Shown here: positions 1-12,439 of the stretch, in pieces
How the letters are laid out: each line of letters starts with the position of its first letter
How positions within the stretch are numbered: the stretch's first letter is position 1
Assembly (NCBI RefSeq): GCF_004010195.1
Contig: NC_057718.1
Coordinates: 14,915,992 to 14,979,991, forward strand
Origin: Chiloscyllium plagiosum
Lineage: Eukaryota
Reading direction: 5' to 3'
Length of the DNA stretch: 64,000 nt
Position numbers and translations under genes: made by a program
Notes under the pieces: generated by a model
What the model saw: only the letters and a program-made list of their open reading frames with translations
What the model was told of the DNA's origin: nothing
Databases searched by the model: none

Positions 1-529
1 GGGAAGAAAGGTGGAGCAGAAACGCTGAGACGCACTGAATGGCCTGTTCGATTGCTGTAAATTCAATGTGTCACTGGAACAGGATGTTGGTCACACCTTC
101 TTCCACAACAGAGCACTCTGTGACCACTGGCTGTTTGTGGCTGTAGTCCATTAGGATCTGTTCACCAGCACCATGTGAAGAGATTAAAAGAGATTCCAGA
201 GAGAGGGGTGGGTCTACACAATCACTGTCATTCTTTAAAACAGAAACTGGTGAACTGTGTCTTCAATTTATTACTTCACAATGAAACACAGCGCACAATC
301 AACAGTTGGGAACAAGTATCAAGGACAACAGAACTTAGGATCAAAACAGATGTTTGGAAGAATTGAATTTTTAAAAAATCATTGAGTGAATTTTCAGTGG
401 GAGATGGATATTAGCAGAGAAGGTAAAATACAGTCATGATGGAATAGATTGAGAGGTACACTACTGCTACTGAGTAGTAAACGATTACTGTATATCCTCG
501 TCGAGCATTAGGAATAGTGGTATAAAGTG

Positions 530-2960
530 CAATACAGTTCCAGAAGTGGCAACTATAGAATGGTATAACTCTGAGGGACTAGTGCCATAAAGAACGGTAT
601 AACTCCAGTACGGTACTGTACATTGCAGTAAAACTCCCAGACTGTTACCACATAGTGTGTTATAACTCCTGGATTGGTACCATTCAGAGTGATATAACTC
701 CAGGACTGCTACTGCACAGTGTGGTATAACACCAGGACTGGTACCGTACAGTGTGGTATAACTCTGACATTGGTACGGTACAATGTGGCATTACTCCAGG
801 ACTGGTACCGCACAGTGCGGTATAACTCTGGGACTTGTGCCATACAGTGTGGTATAACTCCAACATTGGTGCAGTACAATGTGGTATAACTTCAGGACTG
901 GTACCGCACAGTGCGGTATAACTCTGGGACTTGTACCATACAGTGCGGTATAGCTCCGACATTGGTACAGTACAATGTGGTATAACTCCAGGACTGGTAC
1001 CGCACAGTGCGGTACAACACCAGGACTGGTACATACAGAGTGGTATAACTTCAGGACTGGCACGTACAGTGTGGTATAACTCAGGGATTTGAACCATACA
1101 GCGTGGTATAACTCCGAGACTGGTACCATACAGTGCGGTATAATTCCGGGACTGGTACAGTACAGTGTGGCATAACTCCAGGACTGGTATCGCACAGTGC
1201 GGTATAACTCTGGGACTGGTACAGTACAGTGCGGTATAACTCCGGGACTGGTACAGTACAGTGCGGTAAAACTCCGGAACTGGTACCACACAGTGCGGTA
1301 TAACGCTAGGACTGGTACTGTACAGTGCGGTATAACTCCGGGACTGGCACCATACAGTGCAGTGCGGTATAACACCGGGACTGGTACCATACAGTGCGGT
1401 ATAACGCTGGGACTGGTACCGTACATGCGGTATAACTCCGGGACTGGTACCATACAGTGCAGTATAACTCCGGGACTGGTACAGTACAGTGTGGTATAAC
1501 TCTGGGACTGGCACCATACAGCACGGAATAACTCCGGGACTGCTACCATACAGTGCGGTATAACTCCGGGACTGGTACCATACAATGCGGTATAATGCTG
1601 GGACTGGTACAGTACAGTACGGTATAACTCCGAGACTGGTACAGTACAGTGCGGTATAACTCCAGGACTGGTACCACACAGTGCGGTATAACTCCGGGAC
1701 TGGTACAGTACAGTACGGTATAACTCCGAGACTGGTACAGTACAGGGCGGTGTAACTCCAGGACTGGCACCACACAGTGCGGTACAACATCAGGACTGGT
1801 ACAGTACAGTGCGGTATTCCTCCAGGACTGGTACGTACAGTGGGGTATTCCTCCAGGACTGGTACGTACAGTGTGGTATAACTCCAGGACTGGTACCATA
1901 CAGCATGATATAGCTCCGGGACTGGCATGGTACAGTGCGGTATATCTCTGGGACTGGTACAGTACAGTGCGGTATAACTCCAAGATTGGTATGGTACGGT
2001 GTGGTATAACCCCAGGACTGGTACCGTACAGTGCGGTATAACTCCGGGACTGGTACAGTACAGTGCGGTATAACTCCGGGACTGGTACAGTACAATGCGG
2101 TATAACTCCGGGACTGATACCGTACAGTGCGGTATAACTCCGAGATTGGTACGTTATTGTGCGGTATAACTCCGGGACTGGTACTGTACAGTGCGGTATA
2201 ACTCCGAGAATGGTACGATACAGTGTGGTATAACCCCAGGGCTGGCTCATATTGTGTGGTATAACTCTGGGACTGGTACCGTACAGTGCGGTATAACTCC
2301 GGTTCTGGTACCGTACCGTACGGTATAACTCCGGGACAGGTACAGTACAGTGCGGTATATCTCCAGGTCTGGTACCGTACCGTGCGGTATAACTCTGGGA
2401 CAGGTACAGTACAGTGCGGTATAACTCCAGGTCTGGTCCAGTGCAGTGCGGTATAACTCCGAGATTGGTACGGTACATTGTGGTATAACTCCGGGAATGG
2501 TACTGTACAGTGCGGTATAACTCCAAGACTGGTACGGTACAGTGTGGTATTACCCCACGACTGGTACTGTACAGCGCAGTATAACTCCAGCACTGATACC
2601 GTACAGTGCGATTTAACTCCAGGACTGGGACAGTACAGTGCAGTATAACTCCAGCACTGATCCCGTACAGTGCGGTATAACTCCAAGATTGGTACGGAAC
2701 AGTGTGGTATAACTCTGGGACTGGTACCGTACAGTACAGTACAACACCGGGACTGGTACCGTACAGTGTGGTATAACACCAGGACTGGTACCGCATAGTG
2801 CGGTATAACACTGCGACTGGTACCGTACAGTGTGGTATAACTCCGAGATTAGTACAGTACAGTGCGTTATAACTCCAGGACTGGTACCATACAGTGTGGT
2901 ATAACTCTGGGACTGGTATCGTATAACGCGGTATAACACTGGGACTGGTACAGTACAGAG
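530..2960. repeat. 32-bp satellite array, segment 1 (consensus GGTATAACTCCGGGACTGGTACAGTACAGTGC)
   Basis: GGTATAAC recurs every 32 nt (e.g. 1201, 1233). Units are more degenerate at the left edge (~530-700). Confidence 0.97.
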
Positions 2961-3017
2961 CTGAAAATGTGTTGCTGGATAAGCGCAGCAGGTCAGGCAG
3001 CATCCAGGGAACAGGAG

Positions 3018-3053
3018 AATCGACGTTTCGGGCATAAGCCCTTCTTCAGGAAT
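3018..3053 (-). ncRNA. Minimal type I hammerhead ribozyme motif (PLE end)
   Basis: Reverse complement reads ttc-CTGAAGA-a-GGGC-ttat-GCCC-GAAAC-GTC-gatt. Confidence 0.8.
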
Positions 3054-3386
3054 GAGGAAAGTTTGTCCAGCAGGCTAAGATAAAAGGTACGGAGGAGGGA
3101 CTTGGGGGATGGGCGTCGGAAATGTGATAGGTGGAAAGAGGTCAAGGTGAGGGTGATAGGTCAGATAGGGGTGGGGGCGGAGAGGTCGGGAAGAAGATTG
3201 CAGGTTAGGAAGGCGGTGCTGAATTTGATGGATTTGACTGAGACAGGCTGGGGAGAGGGGAAATGAGGAAACTGGTGAAACCCGAGTTCATCCCTTGTGG
3301 TTGGAGGATTCCTAGCCGGAAGATGAGGCGTTCTTCCTCCAACCATCGTTTCGCTGTGGTCTGACGATGGAAGAGTCCAAAGACCT

Positions 3387-3802
3387 ATTTTCCGTGTTGA
3401 TTCGGTCGCCTGAGATAGATTTTCCGTGTTGATTCGGTCGCCTGAGATAGATTTTCCGTGTTGATTCGGTCGCCTGAGATAGATTTTCCGTGTTGATTCG
3501 GTCGCCTGAGATAGATTTTCCGTGTTGATTCGGTCGCCTGAGATAGATTTTCCGTGTTGATTCGGTCGCCTGAGATAGATTTTCCGTGTTGATTCGGTCG
3601 CCTGAGATAGATTTTCCGTGTTGATTCGGTCGCCTGAGATAGATTTTCCGTGTTGATTCGGTCGCCTGAGATAGATTTTCCGTGTTGATTCGGTCGCCTG
3701 AGATAGATTTTCCGTGTTGATTCGGTCGCCTGAGATAGATTTTCCGTGTTGATTCGGTCGCCTGAGATAGATTTTCCGTGTTGATTCGGTCGCCTGAGAT
3801 AG
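3387..3802. repeat. Perfect tandem repeat, 13 x 32 bp (ATTTTCCGTGTTGATTCGGTCGCCTGAGATAG)
   Basis: 416 bp = 13 identical units. The unit derives from PLE RT coding sequence (minus strand ISGDRINT). Confidence 0.97.
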
Positions 3803-3930
3803 AAATAGAAAGGTCGAGGAAGGGGAGGGAGGAATCTGAGACTGTCCAGGTGAATTTGAGGTCGGGGTGGAAGGTGTTGGTGAAGTGGATGAATTGTTCA
3901 ACCTCCTCGTGGGAGCACGAGGCGGCGCCG

Positions 3931-6262
3931 ATACAGTACAGTACAGTACAGTGCAACACCGGGACTGGTACCGTACAGTGCTGTATAACGCTAGGACTGG
4001 TACCGCACAGTGCAGTATAACACTGCAACTAGTACCGTACAGTGCGGTATAACTCCGGGACTGGTACAATACAGTGCTGTATAACTCCGTGACTGGTACA
4101 GTACAGTGCGGTATAACTCTAGGACTGGTACAGTACAGTACAGTATAACTCCATGACAGTTACAGTACAGTACAGTACAACACCAGGACTGGTACCGTAC
4201 AGTGCTGTATAACACTGCAACTATTACCGTACAGTGCAGTATAAATGCGGGACTGGTACAGTACAGTGCAATATAACTCCGGGACTGGTACCGTACAATG
4301 CTGTATAACTCCGGGACTGGTACAGTACAGTGCGGTATAACTCTGGGACTGGTACAGTACAGTGCAGTATAAATCCGGGACTGGTACAGTACAATGCAGT
4401 ATAACTCCAGGACTGGTACAGTACAGTGCGGTACAACTCCGGGACTGGTACAGTACAGTGCGGTATAACTCTGGGACTGGTACAGTACAGTGCAGTATAA
4501 ATCCGGGACTGGTACCGTACAATGCTGTATAACTCCGGGACTGGTACAGTACAGTGCAGTATAAATCCGGGACTGGTACAGTACAGTGCGGTGTAACTCT
4601 GGGACTGGTACAGTACAGTGCAGTATAACTCCAGGACTGTTGCAGTACAATGCTGTATAACTCCGGGACTGGTACAGTACAGTGCGGTATAACTCCGATA
4701 CTGGCACCGTACAGTGCGGTATAACTCTGGGACTGGTGCAGCACAGTGCGGCATAACTCCAGGATTGGTACAGTACAGTGTGGTATAACTCCAGGACTGG
4801 CACAGTACAGTGCGGTATAACTCCGAGATTGGTACGGTACAGTATGGTATAACTCCGGGGCTGGTACTGTACAGTGCGGTATAACTCTGAGATTGGTACA
4901 GTACAGTGTGGTATAACCCCAGGACTGGTACCATACAGTGCGGTATAACTCCAGGACTGGTACCATACAGTGTGGTATAACTCCGGGACTGCTACCATAC
5001 AGCATGGTATAACTCCGGGACTGGTACACTACAGTGCAGTATAACTCCAGGACTGGTACAGTACGGTGCAGTATAACTCCGAGCTTGGTACGGTACAGTG
5101 TGGTATAACTCCAGCACTGGTACAGTAGTGCGGTATAACTCCGGGACTGGTACAGTAGTGCGGTATAACTCCGGGACTGGTACAGTACAGTGTGGTACAA
5201 CTCCGAGATTGGTACGGTACAGTGTAGTATAACTCCAGGACTGATACGGTACAGTGTGGTATAACTCCAGGACTGGTACCGCAGAGTGCAGTATAACACT
5301 GGTACTGGTACTGTACAGTGCGGTATAACTACGAGATTGGTACAGTACAGTGTGGTATAACTCCTGGTACTGTACAGCGCAGTATAATGCTGGAATTGGT
5401 TAAGTACAGTGTGGTATAACTCTGGGACTGGTACAGTACAGTACGGTACAACACCGGGACTGGTACCGCACAGTGCGGTATAACACTGCAACTGGTACCG
5501 TACAGTGCCATATAACTCCGGGACTGGTACAGTACAGTGCGGTATAACACCGGGACTGGTACCGCACAGTGCGGTATAACACTGCAACTGGTACCGTACA
5601 GTGCCATATAACTCCGGGACTGGTACCATACAGTGCAGTGTGCTATAACACCAGGACTGGTACCATACAGTGCGATATAACGCTGGGACTGGTACTGTAC
5701 ATGCAGTATGACTCCGGGACTGGTACCATACAGTGGAGTATAACTCCGGGACTAGTACAGTACAGTGTGGTATAACACTGGGACTGATACCGTACAGTGC
5801 AGTATAACACCGGGACTGGTACCGTACAGTGCGGTATAACACTGCAACTGGTACCATACAGTGCAGTATAACACTGGGACTGGTACAGTACAGTGCGGTA
5901 TAACTCCGAGATTGGTACTGTACAGTGTGGTATAACTCCAGGACTGGTACAGTACAGTGCGGTATAACTCCGGGACTGGTACCATACAGTGCGGTATAAC
6001 TCCGGGACTGGAATAGTACAGTGCAGTATAACTCCGAGACTGGTACAGTACAGTGCGGTATAACTCCAGGACTGATTCGGTACAGTGCGGTATAACTCCA
6101 GGACTGGTACAATAAGTGCGGTATAACTCCGGGACTGTGCAGTACAGTGCAGTATAACTCCGGGACTGTTACAGTACAGTGCGATATAACTCCGGGACTG
6201 GTATTATACAGTACGGTACAACACCGGGACTGGTACGGTACAATGTGGTATAACTTCGGGAC
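3931..6262. repeat. 32-bp satellite array, segment 2
   Basis: Same monomer and orientation as segment 1. Confidence 0.97.
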
Positions 6263-6880
6263 ACCACCCACGCCCTCCACCTCCTCCATGATTTTCGCTT
6301 CCCCGGTCCCCAACGCCTTATCTTCACCATGGACATCCAATCCCTGTACACCTCCATCCCCTATCACAAAGGACTCTAAGCCCTCCGCTTCTTCCTTTCC
6401 CGCCGTACCAACCTTCCACTGACACCCTCCTTCGACTGACTGAACTGGTCCTCACTCTGAACAACTTCTCTTTCCAATCTTCCCACTTCCTCCAAACCAA
6501 AGGAGCAGCCATGGGCACCTGCATGGGCCCCAGCTATGCCTGCCTCTTCGTAGGATATGTGGAACAGTCCATCTTCCGCAGCTACACTGGCACCATCCCC
6601 TACCTTTTCCTCCGCTGCATCGATGACTGTATCGGCGCTGCCCCGTGCTCCCACGAGGAGGTTGAACAGTTCATCCACTTAACTAACACCTTCCACCCCG
6701 ACCTCAAATTTACCTGGACCGTCTCAGTCTCCTCCCTCCCCTTCCTCGACCTCTCCATTTCTATCTCGGGCGACCGAATCAACATGGATATTTACTATAA
6801 ACCGACCGACTCCTACAGTTACCTAGACTACACCTCCTCCCACCCTGCCCCCTGTAAAAACGCCATCCCATATTCCCAAT
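6258..6880 (+). pseudogene. Penelope-type reverse transcriptase fragment
   Basis: Motifs FTMDIQSLYTSIP, QTKGAAMG..GPSYA, FLRCIDD (YIDD mutated), LPFLDL and YYKPTD..YLDYTSSHP..K.AIPYSQ. In-frame stop near 6377 and a frameshift near 6412. Confidence 0.92.
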
Positions 6881-7544
6881 NNNNNNNNNNNNNNNNNNNN
6901 NNNNNNNNNNNNNNNNNNNNNNNNNNNNNNNNNNNNNNNNNNNNNNNNNNNNNNNNNNNNNNNNNNNNNNNNNNNNNNNNNNNNNNNNNNNNNNNNNNNN
7001 NNNNNNNNNNNNNNNNNNNNNNNNNNNNNNNNNNNNNNNNNNNNNNNNNNNNNNNNNNNNNNNNNNNNNNNNNNNNNNNNNNNNNNNNNNNNNNNNNNNN
7101 NNNNNNNNNNNNNNNNNNNNNNNNNNNNNNNNNNNNNNNNNNNNNNNNNNNNNNNNNNNNNNNNNNNNNNNNNNNNNNNNNNNNNNNNNNNNNNNNNNNN
7201 NNNNNNNNNNNNNNNNNNNNNNNNNNNNNNNNNNNNNNNNNNNNNNNNNNNNNNNNNNNNNNNNNNNNNNNNNNNNNNNNNNNNNNNNNNNNNNNNNNNN
7301 NNNNNNNNNNNNNNNNNNNNNNNNNNNNNNNNNNNNNNNNNNNNNNNNNNNNNNNNNNNNNNNNNNNNNNNNNNNNNNNNNNNNNNNNNNNNNNNNNNNN
7401 NNNNNNNNNNNNNNNNNNNNNNNNNNNNNNNNNNNNNNNNNNNNNNNNNNNNNNNNNNNNNNNNNNNNNNNNNNNNNNNNNNNNNNNNNNNNNNNNNNNN
7501 NNNNNNNNNNNNNNNNNNNNNNNNNNNNNNNNNNNNNNNNNNNN
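6881..7544. other. Assembly gap (664 N)
   Basis: Run of n. Confidence 1.
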
Positions 7545-7662
7545 TATCACCCTCACCTTATCACCCTCACCTTAACCTCCTTCCACCTATCGCATTTCCA
7601 ACGCCTCTCCCCAAGTCCCTCCTCCCTACCTTTTATCTTAGTCTGCTTGGCACACTTTCCTC

Positions 7663-7698
7663 ATTCCTGAAGAAGGGCTCATGCCCGAAACGTCGATT
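7663..7698 (+). ncRNA. Minimal type I hammerhead ribozyme motif
   Basis: attc-CTGAAGA-a-GGGC-tcat-GCCC-GAAAC-GTC-gatt. Confidence 0.8.
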
Positions 7699-7752
7699 CT
7701 CCTACTCCTTGGATGCTGCCTGACCTGCTGCGCTTTTCCAGCAACACATTTT

Positions 7753-8027
7753 TAACTCCGGGACTGGTACAGTACAGTGCAGTATAACTCTGAGATTGGT
7801 ACAGTACAGTCAGGTATAACTCCAGGACTGGTACCGTACAGTGCTGTATAACTCCGGGACTGGTACAGTACAGTGTGGTATAACTCTGGGACTGGTACAG
7901 TACAGTGCGGTATAACTCCCGGACTGATACAGTACAGTGCGGTATAACTCCCGGACTGGTAAAGTAACAATACGGTATAACTCCAGGACTGGTGCAGTAC
8001 AGTGCGGTATAACTCCGGGATTGGTAC
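7753..8027. repeat. 32-bp satellite array, segment 3
   Basis: Same monomer; ends against an HE1-type SINE fragment (~8030-8120, minus). Confidence 0.95.
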
Positions 8028-8342
8028 AACCCTCTGAAGGGACCCCACTCAAACCCATCCCCCTACCCTTTCCTTGTAAACCCCGCATTTCCAATGGCTA
8101 ATCCACCTAACCTGCACACACATTCCAACCCACGTGTTTCAGCTCTCTGTGCTGGCTAGCAGAGTGCTGCAGGTGCTCACTCCAGTGCACTCTTGTAAAT
8201 GTTTTATTGCCACTGTTCAGATTTTAATTAAGGAGTCAGTTAATTCTTCAAACTTCCAAGAAAGATTCCCTGAAACATGAAGGATGGTGGAAGAACTGCA
8301 AGGTGCTGAATGAACTGATTACTGACTGAGATGAACACATAT

Positions 8343-8470
8343 TGACGAAGGGCTTTTGCCCGAAACATTGATTTTCCTGTTCCTCAGGTGCTGTCTGACC
8401 TGCTGTGCTTTTCCAACACTACTCTAACCTTGACTCTAATCCCCAGCATCTGCAGTACCTACTTTTACCC
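8343..8470 (+). mobile_element. Short PLE-derived 3'-end element with degenerate hammerhead
   Basis: tgacgaagggcttttgcccgaaac...gacctgctgtgcttttcca...cagcatctgcag. Confidence 0.8.
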
Positions 8471-9819
8471 GAGATGAACAGATAACCAACATTGATCAGA
8501 AATTCCGAATCAACTTAAGTGAAGAACAGAATGCAAAATAAGGGAATATGTTTTCACTTTAGGGATAGAGGAAACAGGAACAGGCCATTCAGCCCCTCCA
8601 GTCTATGCTGCTAATCAATCAGATCATGGCTCATCTCCCACCACAACTCAATTTTCCCATTCTATCCCTTTAATATCCAGAAATCTGTCGACTTCTGCAT
8701 TGAAGATCCTCAAAGACTGAGCCACCACATCCCTTTGCGACAGAGAATTCCAAACACTTGCCACTTTCTGAGTGAAGAAGTTCCTGCTCGTCTACGTCCA
8801 AATTGGCTGCCTCCTTATTTTGGGCCTATGTCCCTGGTTCTACACCTACAGCCAGGTCTATTTTGTTAAGCAGTGTTGCAATTTTGTAGTGCTCAAATTT
8901 ATATTAACAATTAATATTTAATAATTATAATAACATCTTAATACACTCCCACTAACATTCAACATGCTCTAATTTTGTAAGTTTTTTTGGCATGATTTGG
9001 CAGCCAATGTTGATGCATCTTCTATTTTTAAGACTCAGTATCCCAGCCTTATTCCCTAAGCTTTGCACCTTAGCTCCAAAGCTCCTGCAAAATGACTGGA
9101 CCATGGCTGAAAAGAATCTTCCCCCATCAGGTCCCATCCACCGAACACTCAAATGGTCAGTGTTCCCGGGGAGGAAAGAGAAAAGGCTTCAAATACACTC
9201 TGTCACTTCCCTCGAAGCACAGCAGCTTCAACTTTTAAGATCCAGCTTGCCTGGAACTCGCTACCAACCGTTTCAAATGGTGACAACTAGTCCATCAAGC
9301 TGCACCACACTTTGTGTCCAAATGCTTTAATGAGGACGTTGAACAGCAGCAGAGAAGGAAAGGAGAGGAAGTAAATCCTGTTCTCCCGATTCCACGAACT
9401 GGTGATGCATCCTGCCCCAGCATCGAGGGGCTGAACTGCCACCTCCTGCTCCTACTTCTTCATTCTAAAGATCTGGAGCTCAGGAACCAGCCAGTACAGT
9501 CACACAAAGCTCCATGGCAGAAATCCACAACTTTAAGTGGACACCATTCTCAAATCGAAGGACAGCCAACAAGGATGGTGGGTTACTCCAGACTCAGCAG
9601 AGTGACTCGGCCAATCTCCTGAAGTCATTTGTCACCCCTACGCATCTCATTTACATTCCGACTTGCCACAGTTCTTCAGTCAGAAGTCTGGTGCCACCAC
9701 TGCCAACATCACGTTCAGGCAACAAATCACGGGGGTGGTGATGAAGTCATCTCTGTTAGTGTTGTGCCAAGCTAAGCACTTTTCCAGGTTGAGCAGAAGG
9801 GGCGGCAGACGAAATGTCG

Positions 9820-9947
9820 GCAAAAGTGAGGACTGTAGATGCTGGAGATCAGAGTCGAGATTAGAGTGGTGTTAGAAAAGCACAGCAGGTCAGGCAGCAT
9901 CCGAGGAGCAGGAAAACCGATGTTTCGGGCAAAAGCCCATCATCAGG
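9820..9947 (-). mobile_element. Short PLE-derived element with hammerhead motif (9917-9947)
   Basis: Reverse complement cCTGATGAtGGGCttttGCCCGAAACATC followed by the common PLE tail. Confidence 0.82.
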
Positions 9948-10310
9948 CAGAAGAAATGTACCCTGGTACCAAAACTGCCTTGCAGAACAGAGAAGCACCA
10001 AAGTTGCCTCGGTTAATTGTTTGGAAAGGATATTCATGTCACAGGATTCTATGCCACAGAGAGGCAGTGGAGGGAGAACATTTAAGTACCAGGGATCCAG
10101 GTGGAGAGACAAGGGGAGCTGGGATTGCTTCCCTTTGAGTGGTGAAGATTCATTGGAGATTATTTTAATAATGATGTAAATCGTGACAGTTTCTTTCTCC
10201 AGAGTAAATCAGAACAAATCATTTTCATTGCAGAACCATTGGCAACCAAAGGACACAGAGATAAGGCAATTGATGAGAGAATCCGAGAGTGTTTTTCTTC
10301 ATTCAGTACA

Positions 10311-10613
10311 GTGGCACTGTGGCTCATGTGGTTAGCACTGCTGCCTCACAGTGTCAGGGTCCCAGGTTCAATTCCATCCTCGGGCAACTGTCTGTGTGGA
10401 GTTTGCACATTCTCCCAGTGTCTGTGTGGGTTTCCTCCCACAATCCAAAGATGTGCAGGTCAGGTGAATTGGCCATGCTAAATTGCCCATAATGTTAGGT
10501 GCATTAGTCAGGGGTAAATATAGCGTAGGGGGGTGGGTTACTCTCCAGAGGGTTGATGTGGAGTTGTTGGGCCAAAGGGCCTGTTTCTATACTGTAGGGA
10601 ATCTAATCTAATC
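10311..10613 (+). mobile_element. HE1-type tRNA-derived V-SINE
   Basis: A/B-box head (gtggttagcactgctgcctcacag...ggttcaattcc), V-like core and (CTAAT)n tail. Confidence 0.9.
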
Positions 10614-11762
10614 GCAGTAAACAATGACATGCAGTCTGTAAGTGTGCCAGAAGCTGATCATTTTCAATATGGAGTTGAATAAACGTTTGAAGGGAACAAA
10701 TTTGCACAATTATTGGGAAAGAATGGAAGTCATTGGATAACTCCACAAAAGTACAATGAGCATTATTTGGTTTCCTTCTGTGCTCCATCATTCTATAATA
10801 TCATAAACTAGGCCAAAGCCTGAAATGCAGCCACATTCCTAAGCTACTCCTAATCAACGATTCCAATCATTTCTTCTCCATTCCACTGTGAAGAAATGTT
10901 CTTGAACTAATTGTTCTTCTGTACCTGAGTGGTTTGATTACCATTAATAATGAAAATGAACTTCAGAACATCACAAGTGTGCATCATGTTTCTCGAGTAA
11001 ATATTTATTGCTCCGGTAATTAAAAACGCAGAAAAATAATTGTTATGAAATCACGTAGTGAGAGGATTTTTTAACTTGCTTGATGAGAGCTAATACATTC
11101 CAAAGAACATTCCCTCTGAATCAGTTCCTGAGGCAAAATATGCTGAGATTGGAGAACTATGAGTTTAGCTGTGCTCATCAGTTATTGATGTTAGTACAGG
11201 ACTTGAAACGCACCTATTTCCAGGGCGAGGGGGCGCTATATAGCACTTCTCAATGGGCCCCACAGACATGGCAATCTTCTAGCCCACTACACATCAAACT
11301 GAGCTGGTTTGGAACCCAGAAGCAAAGGGCCAGCTTCTTGCAGTATCTGAATTCCGCTCTGGAGTCTGAGTTTTGTTTGTGTACTTAATGACTACAGTAA
11401 TTTGATTTTCTCTGGAGAACGGTCTCGAGGTTAACATCATCATAGTGGTTATACTGCAAGGCCACCCTAGACAAGGGCATTACAAACCAACTCACTGCAG
11501 CTGACTCACTCACAGCAGGTAGTGAAATTTAGTTTGGCATGGTTTAGGGAACATCTACCTCAGATTTGAAATAGCTAATATGCCAACAGGAAGGTCAGAG
11601 TTGGCAAAGCTGCAGAAGCTGCCCCCAACCAACACTGACACCATACCATGTCAGTTCTACTGATTTTCTGCTGGACTCTTCAGTCAGATGATGAAATCAC
11701 CTCCAGCCTGGACATTCTTGTAAAGTGAAGACTCCAGCCCATACCTAACAGCATTTTGCAAC

Positions 11763-11939
11763 AGGCTGGTACAATTACAAAATTACAAAGGCATCTGGAT
11801 GGGTACGTGAATAGAAAGTGTTTAGAGGAATATGGGCCAAATACTGGCAAATGGGATTAGATCAGTTTAGGATATCTGATTGACACAGACAAGTTGGACA
11901 GAAGGGTCTGTTTCCATGCTGTATATCTCTATGACTCTA
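11763..11939 (+). mobile_element. CR1/HER1-type LINE 3' end
   Basis: ggcatctggatgggta...ctctatgactct tail. Confidence 0.85.
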
Positions 11940-11974
11940 CGAGTGAGCACAATGAGCACAATCTCTTCTTTGGA

Positions 11975-12314
11975 TTCATTTGGGATGTGGGTATTGCTGG
12001 CTCGACCAGCACTTCTGCCCATTCCTGCTTCCCAAAGGGCAGTTAAGAGTCAATCACGTTGCTGTAGGTCTGGAGTCACATGGAGGTCATCAGGAAAGGA
12101 CAGCAGTTTCCTTCCCTAAAGGATTGGCATGAGTGAACTAGATAGGTTTTTTCAACAATAGTTTCATGGTCATCATTAGATCCTTAATTCCAGACTTTTA
12201 ATGAATTCAAACTCCACCATCTGCTGTGACAGGATTTGAACCATGGTCCCTAGAACATTTCCTTGCCTCCTGGTTAACAGTCTACCGATAATACCACAAG
12301 GCCATCATCTCCCC
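11975..12314 (-). mobile_element. Second tRNA-derived SINE family (related copies ~19195-19395 -, 19738-19831 +, 41220-41551 -, 44690-44975 -, 55315-55579 -)
   Basis: Minus-strand head ggggagatgatggccttgtggtatta...ggttcaaatcc. The 3' tail resembles the L2/CR1-like 3' ends in this window. Confidence 0.75.
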
Positions 12315-12439
12315 ATCTTCGATCCAGTCGTCACTGCCTCCCTCCCGATTTGCTCTCCTAACACCTTCATCATGCAAACCTGATCCGAATGTTTTGGTTT
12401 TCTTGGTTTAGCTTTCAGTTTTCTCTGTCTGAGAACCTG

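Larger units (their letters stand above)
2956..3936 (-). mobile_element. Penelope-like retroelement, 5'-truncated and internally deleted
   Basis: Minus strand encodes an RT segment CIGAASCSHEEVEQFIHFTNTFHPDLKFTW..LPFLDLSISISGDRIN, then the GIY-YIG C-terminus LEEERLIFRLGILQPQGMN, a pyrimidine-rich 3' UTR and a hammerhead motif. Confidence 0.92.
6256..7753 (+). mobile_element. Penelope-like retroelement, 5'-truncated, spans assembly gap
   Basis: RT motifs before the gap. After the gap, 3' UTR and hammerhead motif homologous to 2961-3165. Confidence 0.92.

Noticed and set aside
3161..4069. ORFs with repeating ISGDRINTENLSQATESTRKIYLRRPNQHGKS
   Set aside because: Translation of the stop-free 13 x 32 bp array; starts in satellite and lacks RT catalytic motifs.
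684..6367. Long minus-strand ORFs (up to 735 aa) rich in YQSRSYTALYCTSPGVIPHCTVPVPELY
   Set aside because: The 32-bp monomer has no stop codon in any minus-strand frame, so overlapping ORFs arise automatically. Indels between units ignore frame.
6828..7575. ORFs containing long X runs
   Set aside because: Artefact of the N gap.
530..8027. CRISPR-like regular 32-bp periodicity
   Set aside because: Units are head-to-tail with no unique spacers, no cas genes, and a vertebrate context.
8950..9800. Cluster of 70-110 aa ORFs in unique sequence
   Set aside because: No recognisable domain and no consistent splice signals or frame.
11221..11240. CTCF-like GCGAGGGGGCGCTA (another at ~55268-55282)
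   Set aside because: Lacks the conserved upstream CC of the core motif; too weak without data.
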